From Sandaracinaceae bacterium (GTDB taxonomy: Bacteria > Myxococcota_A > Polyangia > Polyangiales > Sandaracinaceae): a stretch of 64,000 nt of DNA. Location of the stretch: NCBI GenBank assembly GCA_044220955.1, contig JBGAQA010000021.1, positions 1-64,000 of the forward strand. The letters run 5' to 3'. A model generated the notes under the pieces. The model did no database searches. It saw only the letters and a list, made by a program, of their open reading frames with translations, and had not been told where the DNA came from. The translations under genes were made by a program, and so were the position numbers. Positions 48,340 to 59,662 of the stretch are shown in pieces; position 1 is the first letter of the stretch; each line of letters starts with the position of its first letter.

Positions 48340-48942
48340 ATGACGAACAAGACGATTGGCTTCGGGGTCGCGCTCGCCGTCTTCGCGGCGATGCTGTCTT
48401 TCGCGCCGGCCGTGTCGGCGCAGGTGATCATCCAGGGTGAGGTGACGGTCTCGCCGTCCCAGCCACAGCCCTACGCGCAGCCCCAGCCCTACGGCTACAC
48501 CCAGCCGCAGTCCGCGTACGTCCAGACCGGGGCTTCACCGCAGCCCACCCGCTACATCCACCACTCCGACCCCATCACGGGTCTGGTGGTGGGCGGCGTC
48601 ATCAGCCTCGTCGGCGGATGGGTGTTCACGCTCGTCAGCGAGGGTGTCCTCGCCGGCGGCTACACGAGCGGCTGCAGCGGCTACGGGTGCCCGGACGGGA
48701 TCTGGTACGGCCTGACCTGGATCCCCGTGATCGGCCCCTGGCTCGGGCTGGGCGTCGGCTACGGCGGCGACTACGAGTGGGTGAACTACGTCGGCGGCAT
48801 CTTGCAGGACGTGGGCCTCCTCCTCATGATCCTCGGCCTCGTGATCACCGACGAGTGGGACGAGCCGATCCTGGCCTTCGGAGACGCGCCCGACGCGCCG
48901 GCGCTCTACCTCACCGGGAACGGCGCGCAGCTGACGTTCTGA
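48340..48942 (+). CDS. Exported/membrane hypothetical protein with QPY-rich linker
   Basis: Signal peptide; PQPY repeats; hydrophobic segments with IPVIGPW; C-terminal Phe. Confidence 0.72.
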   Translation: MTNKTIGFGVALAVFAAMLSFAPAVSAQVIIQGEVTVSPSQPQPYAQPQPYGYTQPQSAYVQTGASPQPTRYIHHSDPITGLVVGGVISLVGGWVFTLVSEGVLAGGYTSGCSGYGCPDGIWYGLTWIPVIGPWLGLGVGYGGDYEWVNYVGGILQDVGLLLMILGLVITDEWDEPILAFGDAPDAPALYLTGNGAQLTF

Positions 48943-48956
48943 GGCGGGGGGGCGGC

Positions 48957-49012
48957 TCGAACGGACGGGCAGTCGAACGGACGGGCGCAGCGGGTGAATA
49001 CCCCTGCGCCCG
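48957..49012. terminator. 14-bp direct repeat plus GC-rich hairpin (possible terminator or regulatory leader)
   Basis: TCGAACGGACGGGC at 48957-70 and 48973-86; stem CGGGCGCAG/CTGCGCCCG at 48982-90/49004-12; U-tract weak. Confidence 0.4.
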
Positions 49013-49041
49013 CTCCTCGTTTCGGCCCATGATCGGCGCCG

Positions 49042-50856
49042 ATGGCGAAGCCGAAGCCCCGACCTCCGCCCTTCCTCGCGTCGGTCCGACACTCGCTGCA
49101 GACGTTCCGCCTGGTCTGGGAGACCAGCCGCCCGCTGACCGCCGCCATCGTCGGGCTCTCCGTGGTCACGGGCCTCTTGCCGGCGGCGATCGCCTGGGCC
49201 GGCCGGCTGATCGTCGACGTCGTCGAGAAGGCGAGCGTGGCCGCCGCGGCGCGCGAGGGCGTGCTGCGCTGGGTCATCCTGGAGCTCGGCCTGGTGCTGG
49301 GGCTCCACCTGGCGCAGCGCGCGTACCGCACGTGCTCAGGCCTGCTCGGCCAGCTCGTCGCCGAGCGAGTGAACGAGCGCATCCTCGAGAAGGCGCTGAC
49401 GCTCGATCTCGCCGACTACGAGAACCCCACCGTGTACGACGAGCTCACGCGGGCCCGGCGCGAGGCGTCGTACCGGCCGCTCGGCCACGTCGAGCACCTC
49501 ATCGGGCTCGCCGAGAACGCCCTCGCGATGCTCGGGCTGGGCGCGGTGCTCGCCGTCCTGTCGTGGTGGGCCGTGCTCGGCCTGGTGCTCGCGGCCGTGC
49601 CGGCCTTCGTCGCCGAGCTGCGCTTCGATCAGGACGCCTTCAAGCTCTTCAGCTGGAAGAGCGAGGAGTCGCGACGGCAGAACTACTACGAGCTCGTCAT
49701 CACGAGCGCGCAGCACGCGAAGGAGACGAAGCTCTTCGGCCTCGGGTCGTTCTTCCTCGAGAAGTACCGGGCGATCTTCTGGCGCCTCTGGAAGGAGGAC
49801 CGGGACCTCGCCCTGCGCCGCGCGATCTGGGGGCTCGCGCTCGGGGAGATCGGGACGCTGGCGTTCTATGCGATGTACGGGCTCGTCGCGCTCCGCGCCG
49901 CCCGCCACGAGATCTCGCTCGGCGAGATGACGATGGCGCTCGCGGCGTTTCGCCAGGGCGAGCGCGCGCTCGGTCAGCTGCTCCGGCACGTCTCCGAGGT
50001 CATGGACGACCGCCTCTACCTCTCGACGCTGCTGGCGTTCCTGCACCGCGTGCCGCTCCACACGAACGGGCACGCGGGCGCCACCGCCGGGCCCGTGCCT
50101 GGCGACGGTGTGCGCTTCGAGGGCGTCGCGTTCGGGTATCCGGGCGCGGACGAGCCCGTCCTGCAGGGGATCGATCTGCACCTGCCGCCGCGCCACAAGC
50201 TCGCGCTCGTCGGCGAGAACGGGGCCGGCAAGACGACCCTCATCAAGCTGATGACACGCCTCTACCGCCCCACGCGCGGGAGAGTGCTCCTCGACGGGCT
50301 CGACCTCGCCGAGTGGGACGAGGATGCGCTGCGCCGGCGCATCGGGGTCATCTTCCAGGACTTCGTCCAGTACCAGCTGACCGTCGGCGACAACGTCGGC
50401 GTAGGCGACGCCAGCGCGATCTCGGACGAGGAGCGTCTCAAGGACGCGGTCGACAAGGGCGGCGCGGGCGAGGTGATCGACGCTCTTCCCAAGGGATTCG
50501 CCACGCAGCTGGGCAAGTGGTTCGACGACGGACGCGAGCTCTCGCTCGGACAGTGGCAGAAGATCGCGCTGGCCCGGGCGTTCATGCGCACGAGCGCCGA
50601 CATCCTCGTCCTCGACGAGCCGACCGCGTCGATGGACGCCGAGGCGGAGGCGAAGGTGTTCGCGCGCTTCCGACAGCTCACGGCGGACAGGACGGCCGTG
50701 CTCATCTCGCACCGGTTCTCCACCGTCCGCATGGCCGACCGCATCGCGGTGCTCCACGGCGGCAAGATCGTCGAGCTCGGCACCCACGAGGAGCTGCTGG
50801 CCGCGAACGGCCGCTACGCGCGGCTGTTCACGCTGCAGGCCCAGGGCTATCGCTGA
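49042..50856 (+). CDS. ABC exporter, fused permease and ATPase
   Basis: TM domain; GENGAGKTT, LSLGQWQK, LVLDEPT, ISHRFSTVR. Confidence 0.93.
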   Translation: MAKPKPRPPPFLASVRHSLQTFRLVWETSRPLTAAIVGLSVVTGLLPAAIAWAGRLIVDVVEKASVAAAAREGVLRWVILELGLVLGLHLAQRAYRTCSGLLGQLVAERVNERILEKALTLDLADYENPTVYDELTRARREASYRPLGHVEHLIGLAENALAMLGLGAVLAVLSWWAVLGLVLAAVPAFVAELRFDQDAFKLFSWKSEESRRQNYYELVITSAQHAKETKLFGLGSFFLEKYRAIFWRLWKEDRDLALRRAIWGLALGEIGTLAFYAMYGLVALRAARHEISLGEMTMALAAFRQGERALGQLLRHVSEVMDDRLYLSTLLAFLHRVPLHTNGHAGATAGPVPGDGVRFEGVAFGYPGADEPVLQGIDLHLPPRHKLALVGENGAGKTTLIKLMTRLYRPTRGRVLLDGLDLAEWDEDALRRRIGVIFQDFVQYQLTVGDNVGVGDASAISDEERLKDAVDKGGAGEVIDALPKGFATQLGKWFDDGRELSLGQWQKIALARAFMRTSADILVLDEPTASMDAEAEAKVFARFRQLTADRTAVLISHRFSTVRMADRIAVLHGGKIVELGTHEELLAANGRYARLFTLQAQGYR

Positions 50857-50870
50857 GGGCGGCGCTCGGC

Positions 50871-51587
50871 CTACTTCCGGACCGGGACCCCCTTGGGGTC
50901 GAGCGACCAGCCCGGCGGCAGCGCCTTGGCGATCTTGTCCGGCGACGAGACGGGCCAACCGCGCTGCGCGAACGCCTCGAGCATGCGCGCCTTGACGCGC
51001 ACGCTGTCCTCGCGGCTGAGCGCGTCCTCGAGCGCCGCGCGGTGCACCGCGGCGTCCTCTTGGTGCACGATGGCCGCCACGGCGTGGAAGCGCGCGGTCT
51101 CGTTCACGTCGCCGAGGAAGCGCTCGACGGCGGGGCCGATCCGCGGGTCCCGACGCTCCCCCAGCGTCTGGAGCACCTGCAGCTTGCGCTGCGGGTCGCG
51201 CTCGTACTCGACGTCCATCGACGCCAGCAGGCCGAGGAGCACCTCGACCATCTCGTCGTCACCCGCGAGGCGCTCGAGGATCTTGAGCGGCCAGCTCAGC
51301 GACTCCGCTTTGCGGGCGTAGTCCCGCGTCGGTGGGATCGCCGCCGGCCCCACGGCGCAGATGAGGCGGAAGGTCTCGTCCTTCTCGTCGTTGTCGGTGA
51401 TGCTCGGATCGACGTAGAACTTGAAGCGCGGCAGGAGCGCCTTGACCGCATCAGCGCTCTTCAGGGCACCGAGCGCCTGGATCGACTCCCAGCGATCGGG
51501 CGCCTGGGCACGCTTGTCGGCCGCGCGCGCGGCGTGCTTCTGGATGGTCGCCTCGGGCGAGCTCTTGAAGAAGTCGAACAGACCCAT
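50871..51587 (-). CDS. HEAT-repeat protein
   Basis: MGLFDFFK; helical repeats FL.DVNET.RF.AV.A, EDSVRVK. Confidence 0.75.
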   Translation of the reverse strand: MGLFDFFKSSPEATIQKHAARAADKRAQAPDRWESIQALGALKSADAVKALLPRFKFYVDPSITDNDEKDETFRLICAVGPAAIPPTRDYARKAESLSWPLKILERLAGDDEMVEVLLGLLASMDVEYERDPQRKLQVLQTLGERRDPRIGPAVERFLGDVNETARFHAVAAIVHQEDAAVHRAALEDALSREDSVRVKARMLEAFAQRGWPVSSPDKIAKALPPGWSLDPKGVPVRK

Positions 51588-51642
51588 CGCGCTCGGCTTC
51601 TAGCGCAAGAAGCGTCGAACAACGAGGCCCGATCTCTCGCCG

Positions 51643-53124
51643 CTACTTGATCGGGACCGGCTTCAGGTTGACCTGTGTGCCGGCGACCTCGACCTGGAAT
51701 CGCACCATCCTCGCGCCGTGCTTGGCCATCAGGGCCTTCTCGTTGGCCTTCAGGCGCTGGGCGAACTTGTCCTGCGGGATGTTCGAGACGTTCTCGCCGG
51801 CCGCCTGCTTCGCCGCGACGTACTCGTTGTAGACGCGCGCGTAGTAGGCGTCCTCGGGCTCGGCCGCGAGCCGCGCCGCGAGCGCCGGATCGACGTCGCC
51901 GCCCCCGGCACCGCCGGCACCCTCGCCCCCGCTCGCGGGAGAATCACCCGCCACGCTCTCGAGCTCGGAGCCGCCGAACGAGCGCCCCGCCGCAGGGGGG
52001 CGCGACGTGCGGCCGCTCTCGTCCACCTCGGGCGTGCCGGTGAAGACGTTGAGCAGCTGGTTGATGCGGTACGCGAGCCCGCCGAAGTCCGAGCTCTCGA
52101 TCTGGATGCGGAGATCCGTACGGCCGTTGATGATGGCCAGCATGCTCTCCTCCATCTGCTCGATGGGCTTGAGCAGGCTCGTCCCGAGGATGAACCCGTA
52201 GATGATCGCGATGAGCAGGCCGACGAGCATGAAGCCGAGGATGACGTTGGCAGCGCTGGCCTTGCCCTGTTGCGCGCTGCGATCGGCCAGGACGACCGTG
52301 GCGACGTGACCCGAGGGGAGCCCCAGCGGGCCGACGACGCCCACGTACTCCGTCGATCCGAGCGTGGCGAGCCACACGTCGCTCGGCGTCTCCGCGTCGC
52401 GCGCGGCCGTGGTGGCGGCGGCGCCGGGGCCGAACAGATATGCGCGCAGCGCCTCCGCCTGCGTCGAGTCGTCGAGCGACGACGAGTACACCGCGTCGTT
52501 CGAGACGAACGCGACGTCGCGGCCAAGCACCTCGGCCTCGGCGCTGGCGAAGCCGTTCGAGAGGTCATAGCCGACCAGGAGCGTTCCGACGATCCGCTCC
52601 GCGCTCCGGATCGGCGTGACCGCGATCAAGAGGACCTTGTTCTCGTCCTGCTTGACCCAGACGTCTGCGCCGGCCTCGCCTCGGAGGGCCGCCTGCACCG
52701 CAGGCAGCTCGTGGGCGAGATCCTGGGCGTACATCCGGTTGCGGTCGGCGTTGCGCGCGACGACGTGCCCCTGGTCGTCCGTGATGGCGACGAGCTCGGG
52801 CGGTCCGCCGTGGCCGCGCGCCGGGTCGCCGAACCAGCGCGCGACGCGCTCGGCTTGCTCGAAGCCCCGGTCCCGCCGCCGCGGCTCGTCGAGCGCGTTG
52901 AACACCTCGCTCACCGGCGCCTGCCCGGCTTGCTCCCCGAGCTCGCCCACGAGATCGCGCGCCGTGAGGCGGATCGAGCGCGAGAGCAAGATCTGATCGT
53001 TCGCGATGCGCGAGTCGACCTCGGCCACGAACGCGGCCTCGACGCTCGACTTCACCATGAAATAGGAGCCGAGCCCGACGAGCAGGACTGCGATGGCGCC
53101 GCCGGCGATGATCTTCGTACGCAT
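51643..53124 (-). CDS. Membrane sensor-like protein: TM, Cache-like domain, TM, HAMP and MXAN_5187-like C-terminal domain
   Basis: Two TMs; KPIEQME.....ING.TDLRI......FGGLA..INQLL HAMP; YNEYVAAK...GE......KF...L......V.F.V......V.LKP. Confidence 0.75.
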   Translation of the reverse strand: MRTKIIAGGAIAVLLVGLGSYFMVKSSVEAAFVAEVDSRIANDQILLSRSIRLTARDLVGELGEQAGQAPVSEVFNALDEPRRRDRGFEQAERVARWFGDPARGHGGPPELVAITDDQGHVVARNADRNRMYAQDLAHELPAVQAALRGEAGADVWVKQDENKVLLIAVTPIRSAERIVGTLLVGYDLSNGFASAEAEVLGRDVAFVSNDAVYSSSLDDSTQAEALRAYLFGPGAAATTAARDAETPSDVWLATLGSTEYVGVVGPLGLPSGHVATVVLADRSAQQGKASAANVILGFMLVGLLIAIIYGFILGTSLLKPIEQMEESMLAIINGRTDLRIQIESSDFGGLAYRINQLLNVFTGTPEVDESGRTSRPPAAGRSFGGSELESVAGDSPASGGEGAGGAGGGDVDPALAARLAAEPEDAYYARVYNEYVAAKQAAGENVSNIPQDKFAQRLKANEKALMAKHGARMVRFQVEVAGTQVNLKPVPIK

Positions 53125-53220
53125 GGATCTCTACCCCGCGTCTGGCTGGATATCATCGTGAAGAGAACGGGGTCAACCGCGGGCTTGCCCGCCGGGGCGC
53201 GCGCGGTACACGTTCTAGCG

Positions 53221-54276
53221 ATGGCGGACCCGCGCATCGCCGTCGTCGATGACCCGAGCTTCGAGCGGCATCGATCGGCCCGCCGGCATCCGGAGTGCCC
53301 CGAGCGGCTCGACGCGGCGCGCGCGGGCCTTCGCAGCGTGCTCGCGGAGGAGCGCGTGGTGCGCCTCGCCGCGCGCGAGATCGACGCCGCCGAGCTCACG
53401 GGAGTGCACCGCGCCGGCCACCTCGACGCGCTCGATCTCGCGATCGGGCAAGATCGCTTCGTCGACCTCGACGCCGACACCTTCGCTGGACCCGGGACCC
53501 GCGAGGCGATGCGGCGGGCCGCCGGTGGGGCCGCCGAGCTCGGGGCCGCGATCGCGAGCGCCGACGGCCCTCGCCGCGGCTTCGCGCTGCTGCGCCCGCC
53601 CGGACACCACGCCGAGCACGACCGGGCCATGGGCTTCTGCCTGGTGAACAACGTGGCGGTCGCGGCCAGGGCTGCTCAGCGGGCGGGCGCGAGGCGGGTG
53701 GCGATCGTCGACTGGGACGTGCACCACGGCAACGGCACGCAGGACATCTTCGAGCACGACCGCGACGTGCTCTTCGTCAGCTTGCACCAGTGGCCCCTCT
53801 ATCCGGGCACGGGCGCTCCCGGCGAGGTCGGCCAGGGTGAGGGGCTCGGGGGCACCGCGAACCTCGCGCTGCCGCCCGGGTCGGGCCCGGCGGAGTACGC
53901 GCACGCGATGCGCCGGGTCGTGTTGCCGCTCGTGGTCGCGTTCGCGCCCGACGTCGTCCTCGTCAGCGCCGGCTACGACGCCCACGCACGCGACCCGCTG
54001 GCGTCGATGCGCCTCGACGACGCGAGCTACCAGGCGATGGCGTCGTCGATCGTGGGGGCCGCCCGACGGCTGGGTCACGGGCGCGTCGGGTTCGTCCTAG
54101 AGGGCGGCTACGATCTCGCCGCCCTCGAGAGCAGCGTCGCTGCCACCGCTCGGGCGGCGCTCGGCGAGCACCTCGACCTCTCGGACGAGCGGCCCACCGG
54201 CGCGGCGATCACGGCCGTCGAGCACACGGCGCGCGCGCTCGCGCCGCACTGGCCCGGCCTCTTCGACACGCGCTGA
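53221..54276 (+). CDS. Histone deacetylase family (Zn-dependent deacylase)
   Basis: HPECPERL, RPPGHHA, GFC..NN, DWDVHHGNGTQ, SAGYDAH..DPL, LEGGY. Confidence 0.94.
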   Translation: MADPRIAVVDDPSFERHRSARRHPECPERLDAARAGLRSVLAEERVVRLAAREIDAAELTGVHRAGHLDALDLAIGQDRFVDLDADTFAGPGTREAMRRAAGGAAELGAAIASADGPRRGFALLRPPGHHAEHDRAMGFCLVNNVAVAARAAQRAGARRVAIVDWDVHHGNGTQDIFEHDRDVLFVSLHQWPLYPGTGAPGEVGQGEGLGGTANLALPPGSGPAEYAHAMRRVVLPLVVAFAPDVVLVSAGYDAHARDPLASMRLDDASYQAMASSIVGAARRLGHGRVGFVLEGGYDLAALESSVAATARAALGEHLDLSDERPTGAAITAVEHTARALAPHWPGLFDTR

Positions 54277-54277
54277 G

Positions 54278-55273
54278 TCAGGGCGCGCCCTCTTCGGGTC
54301 CCTCGAGCGCCTCGGTGCCGACGGCGTTGCCCTCGACGAAGAACAGGACCAGGCCGAGCACACCGAAGCCGATCGCCGCGCCCAGCGCGGCGTCGCTCCA
54401 GCCGGAGATGCCACGCGCGGCCTCGAGGCCGTTGGCGTCGTAGGGATTGAGCGCCCGCGACTGCTGGTCGGCCGCGTAGATCCCGACGCCGATGGCGGCG
54501 CCGAGGGCGGCGACGCCGAGGCCCCACGCGACCCAGGTGAAGATGCGATCTCCGTGGGTCGCGCGGTACCGGTGCGCGGGCACCAGCTCGATGCGCGCGC
54601 TGGTCGTCGTGCCGGTCGTGATCGTCAGGTCGGCGAGGAACGGCACGTACCCGTCCAGGTCGGCCCGGATCCGGTGGGTGCCCGGCTCGAGCGCGATGTC
54701 GTCCTCGAGCGGCGTGCGACCGATCTCGCGATCGTCGATGCGCACGACCGCGCCCTCGCGCTCGGAGCGCAGGCGCAGCGTCCCCGTGGTCGGCACGACC
54801 TGCGAAGCGAGACGGACCGACTCGAGTCGCTCCTCGAGGTTGGCGATCTGCTGCTCGACGGTCGCCCGATCGGGGGGATCGACGCGCGCGGTGAGGTAGC
54901 GGCGGTAGTGCTCGATCGCCTGCTCGTAGTCCGTGGCCTCGCCGCGCGAGCGCGCCAGTTCCTCGTAGGAGCGGGCGATGTTGTACCAGATGTCCGCGCT
55001 CGGAACGAGCGACGCTGCGACCTGGAACGAGTGGATGGCCTCGGAGTATCGCTCGGCCTGGAAGTGGGCGATGCCGGCCATGAACTCCTCGCGCGCGCGC
55101 GCGGCGGTGTCGGCGTCCTGGTGCCCGACCGTCTCGTCCGGGGTCGCGGAAGCGTCGGGTGGAGGCACACCCGCGTCGTCCTGCGCCGACGCATGGCCAG
55201 CGATCGAGAGCCCCGCGGCGAGGATCACGAGGCAACCGAAGCGTTCGAGGCGGCGTCCCAGCGCCCGGAGCAT
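54278..55273 (-). CDS. TPR plus PEGA domain exported protein
   Basis: Signal peptide; AREEF..G..HF....Y.EAI..F; GAVVRIDD..IGRTPL.....PGTHRI....GY.PF PEGA; C-terminal hydrophobic segments. Confidence 0.82.
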   Translation of the reverse strand: MLRALGRRLERFGCLVILAAGLSIAGHASAQDDAGVPPPDASATPDETVGHQDADTAARAREEFMAGIAHFQAERYSEAIHSFQVAASLVPSADIWYNIARSYEELARSRGEATDYEQAIEHYRRYLTARVDPPDRATVEQQIANLEERLESVRLASQVVPTTGTLRLRSEREGAVVRIDDREIGRTPLEDDIALEPGTHRIRADLDGYVPFLADLTITTGTTTSARIELVPAHRYRATHGDRIFTWVAWGLGVAALGAAIGVGIYAADQQSRALNPYDANGLEAARGISGWSDAALGAAIGFGVLGLVLFFVEGNAVGTEALEGPEEGAP

Positions 55274-55420
55274 AGGGGAGCACGATACCACGGGGCTCCG
55301 GCAGACGGCTGTTTTTGCGGGAGGTTGCCGCGCTGGGATCCTGGCGAGGGGCCAGATACACTCGATGGAAATGGGGCCTCTTCGCGACGTCGCCGGTCTC
55401 CCTTGGAGCGCGTGCGCTCC

Positions 55421-56776
55421 GTGAGAGCGCCGCGTCCGCCGGTGCTGGTCGGTGATCCCGAGGTCGCGCTCGACCTGACGCGCGCGGCCAGCGCGATCCA
55501 CCTCGCGCACGAGCCGCGGGTCGTGGCCGATCCCGCGCTCGAAGCGAGCACGCTGCTGGGCAGCGGCGCGAAGATCGTCGGCCTCGTCACGGAGGCCCCG
55601 CTCGCCCCCCGGACGCTGCTCGAGCTCGCCCGCCACGCGGCCGCCGCACGCGCGCGCGTCGTCCTGGCCTGTCTGGGACGGCGCGACGAAGCGCGCGAGG
55701 ACGTCGATCTCGCGAGCGACCTCGGGATCGTCGCGACGACCGACCTGCGCCCGTTCGCGGGCTCCGTGGCGCTCGTGGCGGCGAAGGCCGAGGCGCCTTG
55801 GAACGCCTCGCTCCGCGCGCTGCGCCCGGCCGAGCGCGCGCGCCTCGAGCACCTGCGTCGCTCCGAGCGCGCGAGCGGACGTCTGGTCCGCGTCGACGAC
55901 GGGATCGTCGCCTGGGAGAGCGGGGAGCGCACCGTCGCGATCGGCGAGCCCGCGGACGCTGCGGCGGCCCTGGCGGCGCTCGCGTCCGCGGCGACGGGCG
56001 TGGCGCCCGGCCACGCGCGCGTCGAGGCCGTCGACCGCACGCGCGTGAGCGAGGTGCTCTTCGGCCCGCCACGCGCTCTCTCGGATCCGGCCAGCAAGGC
56101 CGCGCTGGCGCCCTACGGGCTGCCGCTGCCGCTCGAGGAGCTCTGCTCGAGCCCCTCGCGCGCGGCGGCCGAGGCGGCGCGCATCGGGTTCCCCGTGAAG
56201 ATCTCGCTCGCGTCGCCCGACCTGCGCTCGTGGGACCACCCGGACCTCTCGGTCGACGGCGTCGACAGCGCCGCGCGCGTGCGCGACGTATTCCGGCAGA
56301 TCATGGGCGTGGCCACCGAGCGCCGGCCCGACGCGCGCCTGCTCGGCGTCCACGTGACAGCCACGACGACGGCCGTCGCCCTCCTCGGCGTCGTCGCGGA
56401 GCCCCTCGGCCAGGGAGCCTCGCGCGCTCGCATCTCGTTCGCCGATGCGCACGGGATCGCCTCGAACGACTCCACGTCCACGATCCTGCCGCTCCACGCC
56501 GATCGCCTCGAGGAGGTGCTCGCGCGCCTCCGTGGCAGCTCGCTCGTGCTCGGCGCGCCTGCCGCGCAGCGCAAGGCGGCCCTGGACGCCATCGCCGACG
56601 TGCTCTTGCGGCTCGCGGCGCTGCTCGACGTGCACAAGGACGAGATCGCCTCGATCGAGCTACGTCCCCTCGCGCTGCTGCTCGGTGGCAACGTCGAGGT
56701 GCGGGAGGCGTGCGTCACCGTCGGCGACGTCTTCGTGCGCCGGATGGACGCGCCGTCCGCCCGAAGCGTCGCCTGA
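55421..56776 (+). CDS. Divergent acetate--CoA ligase (ADP-forming)-like protein with ATP-grasp_5 domain
   Basis: LSDPASKAALAPYGLP....S...A...A.RIGFPV....SPD; EIASIELRPL. Start approximate. Confidence 0.7.
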   Translation: MRAPRPPVLVGDPEVALDLTRAASAIHLAHEPRVVADPALEASTLLGSGAKIVGLVTEAPLAPRTLLELARHAAAARARVVLACLGRRDEAREDVDLASDLGIVATTDLRPFAGSVALVAAKAEAPWNASLRALRPAERARLEHLRRSERASGRLVRVDDGIVAWESGERTVAIGEPADAAAALAALASAATGVAPGHARVEAVDRTRVSEVLFGPPRALSDPASKAALAPYGLPLPLEELCSSPSRAAAEAARIGFPVKISLASPDLRSWDHPDLSVDGVDSAARVRDVFRQIMGVATERRPDARLLGVHVTATTTAVALLGVVAEPLGQGASRARISFADAHGIASNDSTSTILPLHADRLEEVLARLRGSSLVLGAPAAQRKAALDAIADVLLRLAALLDVHKDEIASIELRPLALLLGGNVEVREACVTVGDVFVRRMDAPSARSVA

Positions 56777-56815
56777 TCCCGTGCGATCCCGGGCGCGCCC
56801 GCGCCCGCCGCGGCC

Positions 56816-57789
56816 TCAACGCGCGAGGTGGCACGCCACGCGCGCCGAGCCGACGTCGCGCAGCTCGGGCCGCTCGGTGTCGCAGAGGCCCTTCTGGGCG
56901 ATCGGGCAGCGTGGATGGAACGCGCACCCGCTCGGCGGCCGCGTCGGGCTCGGCGGCTCGCCCGCGAGCACCAGGCGGGTCCGCTTCGTCTTCGGATCGG
57001 GCACGGGGATCGCCGAGAGCAACGCCCGGGTGTACGGGTGCTTCGGTGCCTCGTAGAGCGCCTCGCTCGGAGCCAGCTCCACGATCCGGCCCAGGTACAT
57101 CACGGCCACGCGCCGGCTCATGAAGCGGACCACGCTCAGGTCGTGCGCGACGAAGAGATAGGAGAGGCCCATCGCGTCCTGCAGGTCTCGGAGCAGGTTC
57201 ACGACCTGGGCCTGGATCGACACGTCGAGGGCGGCGACCGGCTCGTCGCAGACGATGAGCTCGGGGCCGACCGAGAGCGCGCGGGCGATGACGATGCGCT
57301 GCCGCTGCCCCCCGGAGAACTCGTGCGGATACCGCGACGCTTGCTCCTTGCGCAGGCCCACCTTGTCGAGGAGCGCGTCGACCTGGGCCGCCTCCTCGTC
57401 GCTCGTCCGGGCGATCCCGTGGATGCGCAGGGGCTCGCCGAGCGCCTCGCGGACGGTCATGCGTGGGTTGAGCGCGCTCATCGGATCCTGGAAGACGATC
57501 TGCATTCGCCGCCGGAACGGGCGAAGCTCCGCGTCGCGCAGCGTGGTCAGATCCTGGCCGTCGAACGTCACGCGGCCCTCGGTCGGGTCGAGGAGGCGGA
57601 TGGCCACGCGTCCGAGCGTGCTCTTGCCGCAGCCGCTCTCGCCCACCAGGCCGAGCGTCTCGCCGCGGCCGACCTCGAGGTCCACTCCGTCCACCGCCCG
57701 CACGGACGCGAGCGCCCGTCCGAGGAACGAGCGTCGCGTCACGAAGGTCTTGCCGACCCCGGCGAGCGAGAGCAGCGGCCCTGGCGCGC

Positions 57790-57793
<4 letters not shown>
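56816..57793 (-). CDS. Oligopeptide/dipeptide ABC ATPase (OppF/DppF-like)
   Basis: [44 protein letters not shown]. Confidence 0.94.
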
Positions 57794-58770
<977 letters not shown>

Positions 58771-58810
58771 CGGCGCGGACTCTATCACCGCGCCCCCGGC
58801 CGTCCGCGCT

Positions 58811-59662
58811 TCACATCCCGCACTCGACCGGCTCCACCGAGAGGCCGTCGCGCGGCGCCTGGCGGAACGCGTCGTCCGGGATCTCGGGGTTCAGGTCGAT
58901 CGAGGTGAAGCGCACGAGCGTGTCGACACCCCGCGCGGGCAGCTCGAAGTGGACGCTGAAGGGCATCGCGACCCCGCGGCGTGGGGTCTCCGTGTCGAGC
59001 GGGTCCTCGATCACACGATGGTCGTCGTAGCGGACGCGCCACGCGAGCGAGCCATCCGGCTCGTGGACCTCGCTCGCGCGCAGGCGCAGGCGCTGCTGCT
59101 CGGGAGGCGCCGCGACGTCGGCCTCGCGCACGTCGAACGAGAGAACCTGCACCCGGCCGTCCGCCGCGCGGCGCGTCACGACGTAGTGGCCACCCTCGCA
59201 GACGACGCTCTCGCCCTCGGTCTCGAGCAGGGGCGTCTCGCCGAACAGGAAGCGCGCCACCTCCGATCCTTCGAGCGGCAGACCGAGGAGGCGCTCGATG
59301 TTCTCGGCGCAGCTCGGCCCGACGAAGTAGCGGTTCTCGCGCAGGTCGGTGAGCGCGAACTCGACGCCGTCGCTCGTCAGCACGGCCGCGGGACCGAACT
59401 GCGTCATCGCGTCGAAGCGCACGCGATCGGGGCGCGCGACGAGCATGAGCACCGTGCCGCGGATGCGGCCGGACGCGTCGCGCCTGTCCACGCGCGCCTC
59501 GGCCCGGAGGGCGCGCGCGGGCGTACGCATCGAGACGAACGAGCGGAGGAGCGGCGCGGCGGTCGGAAACGTCTCGCGCGGGCAGCTCGCGCCGCTGCAG
59601 GCGCTCGAGAGCCCTCCGAGCGAGACGAGGAGCGCCAGCGCGACGACGCGATCAGGGCGCAT
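58811..59662 (-). CDS. Lipoprotein, LolB/DUF4292-like fold (tentative)
   Basis: SSAC lipobox; RPDRVRFD....FGP....L.SDG..F.L.D..EN; C-terminal P...........[10 protein letters not shown]. Confidence 0.6.
   Translation of the reverse strand: MRPDRVVALALLVSLGGLSSACSGASCPRETFPTAAPLLRSFVSMRTPARALRAEARVDRRDASGRIRGTVLMLVARPDRVRFDAMTQFGPAAVLTSDGVEFALTDLRENRYFVGPSCAENIERLLGLPLEGSEVARFLFGETPLLETEGESVVCEGGHYVVTRRAADGRVQVLSFDVREADVAAPPEQQRLRLRASEVHEPDGSLAWRVRYDDHRVIEDPLDTETPRRGVAMPFSVHFELPARGVDTLVRFTSIDLNPEIPDDAFRQAPRDGLSVEPVECGM

Noticed and set aside
48618..51650. 1010-aa plus-strand ORF
   Set aside because: Off-frame overlap of the ABC exporter and antisense to the HEAT gene
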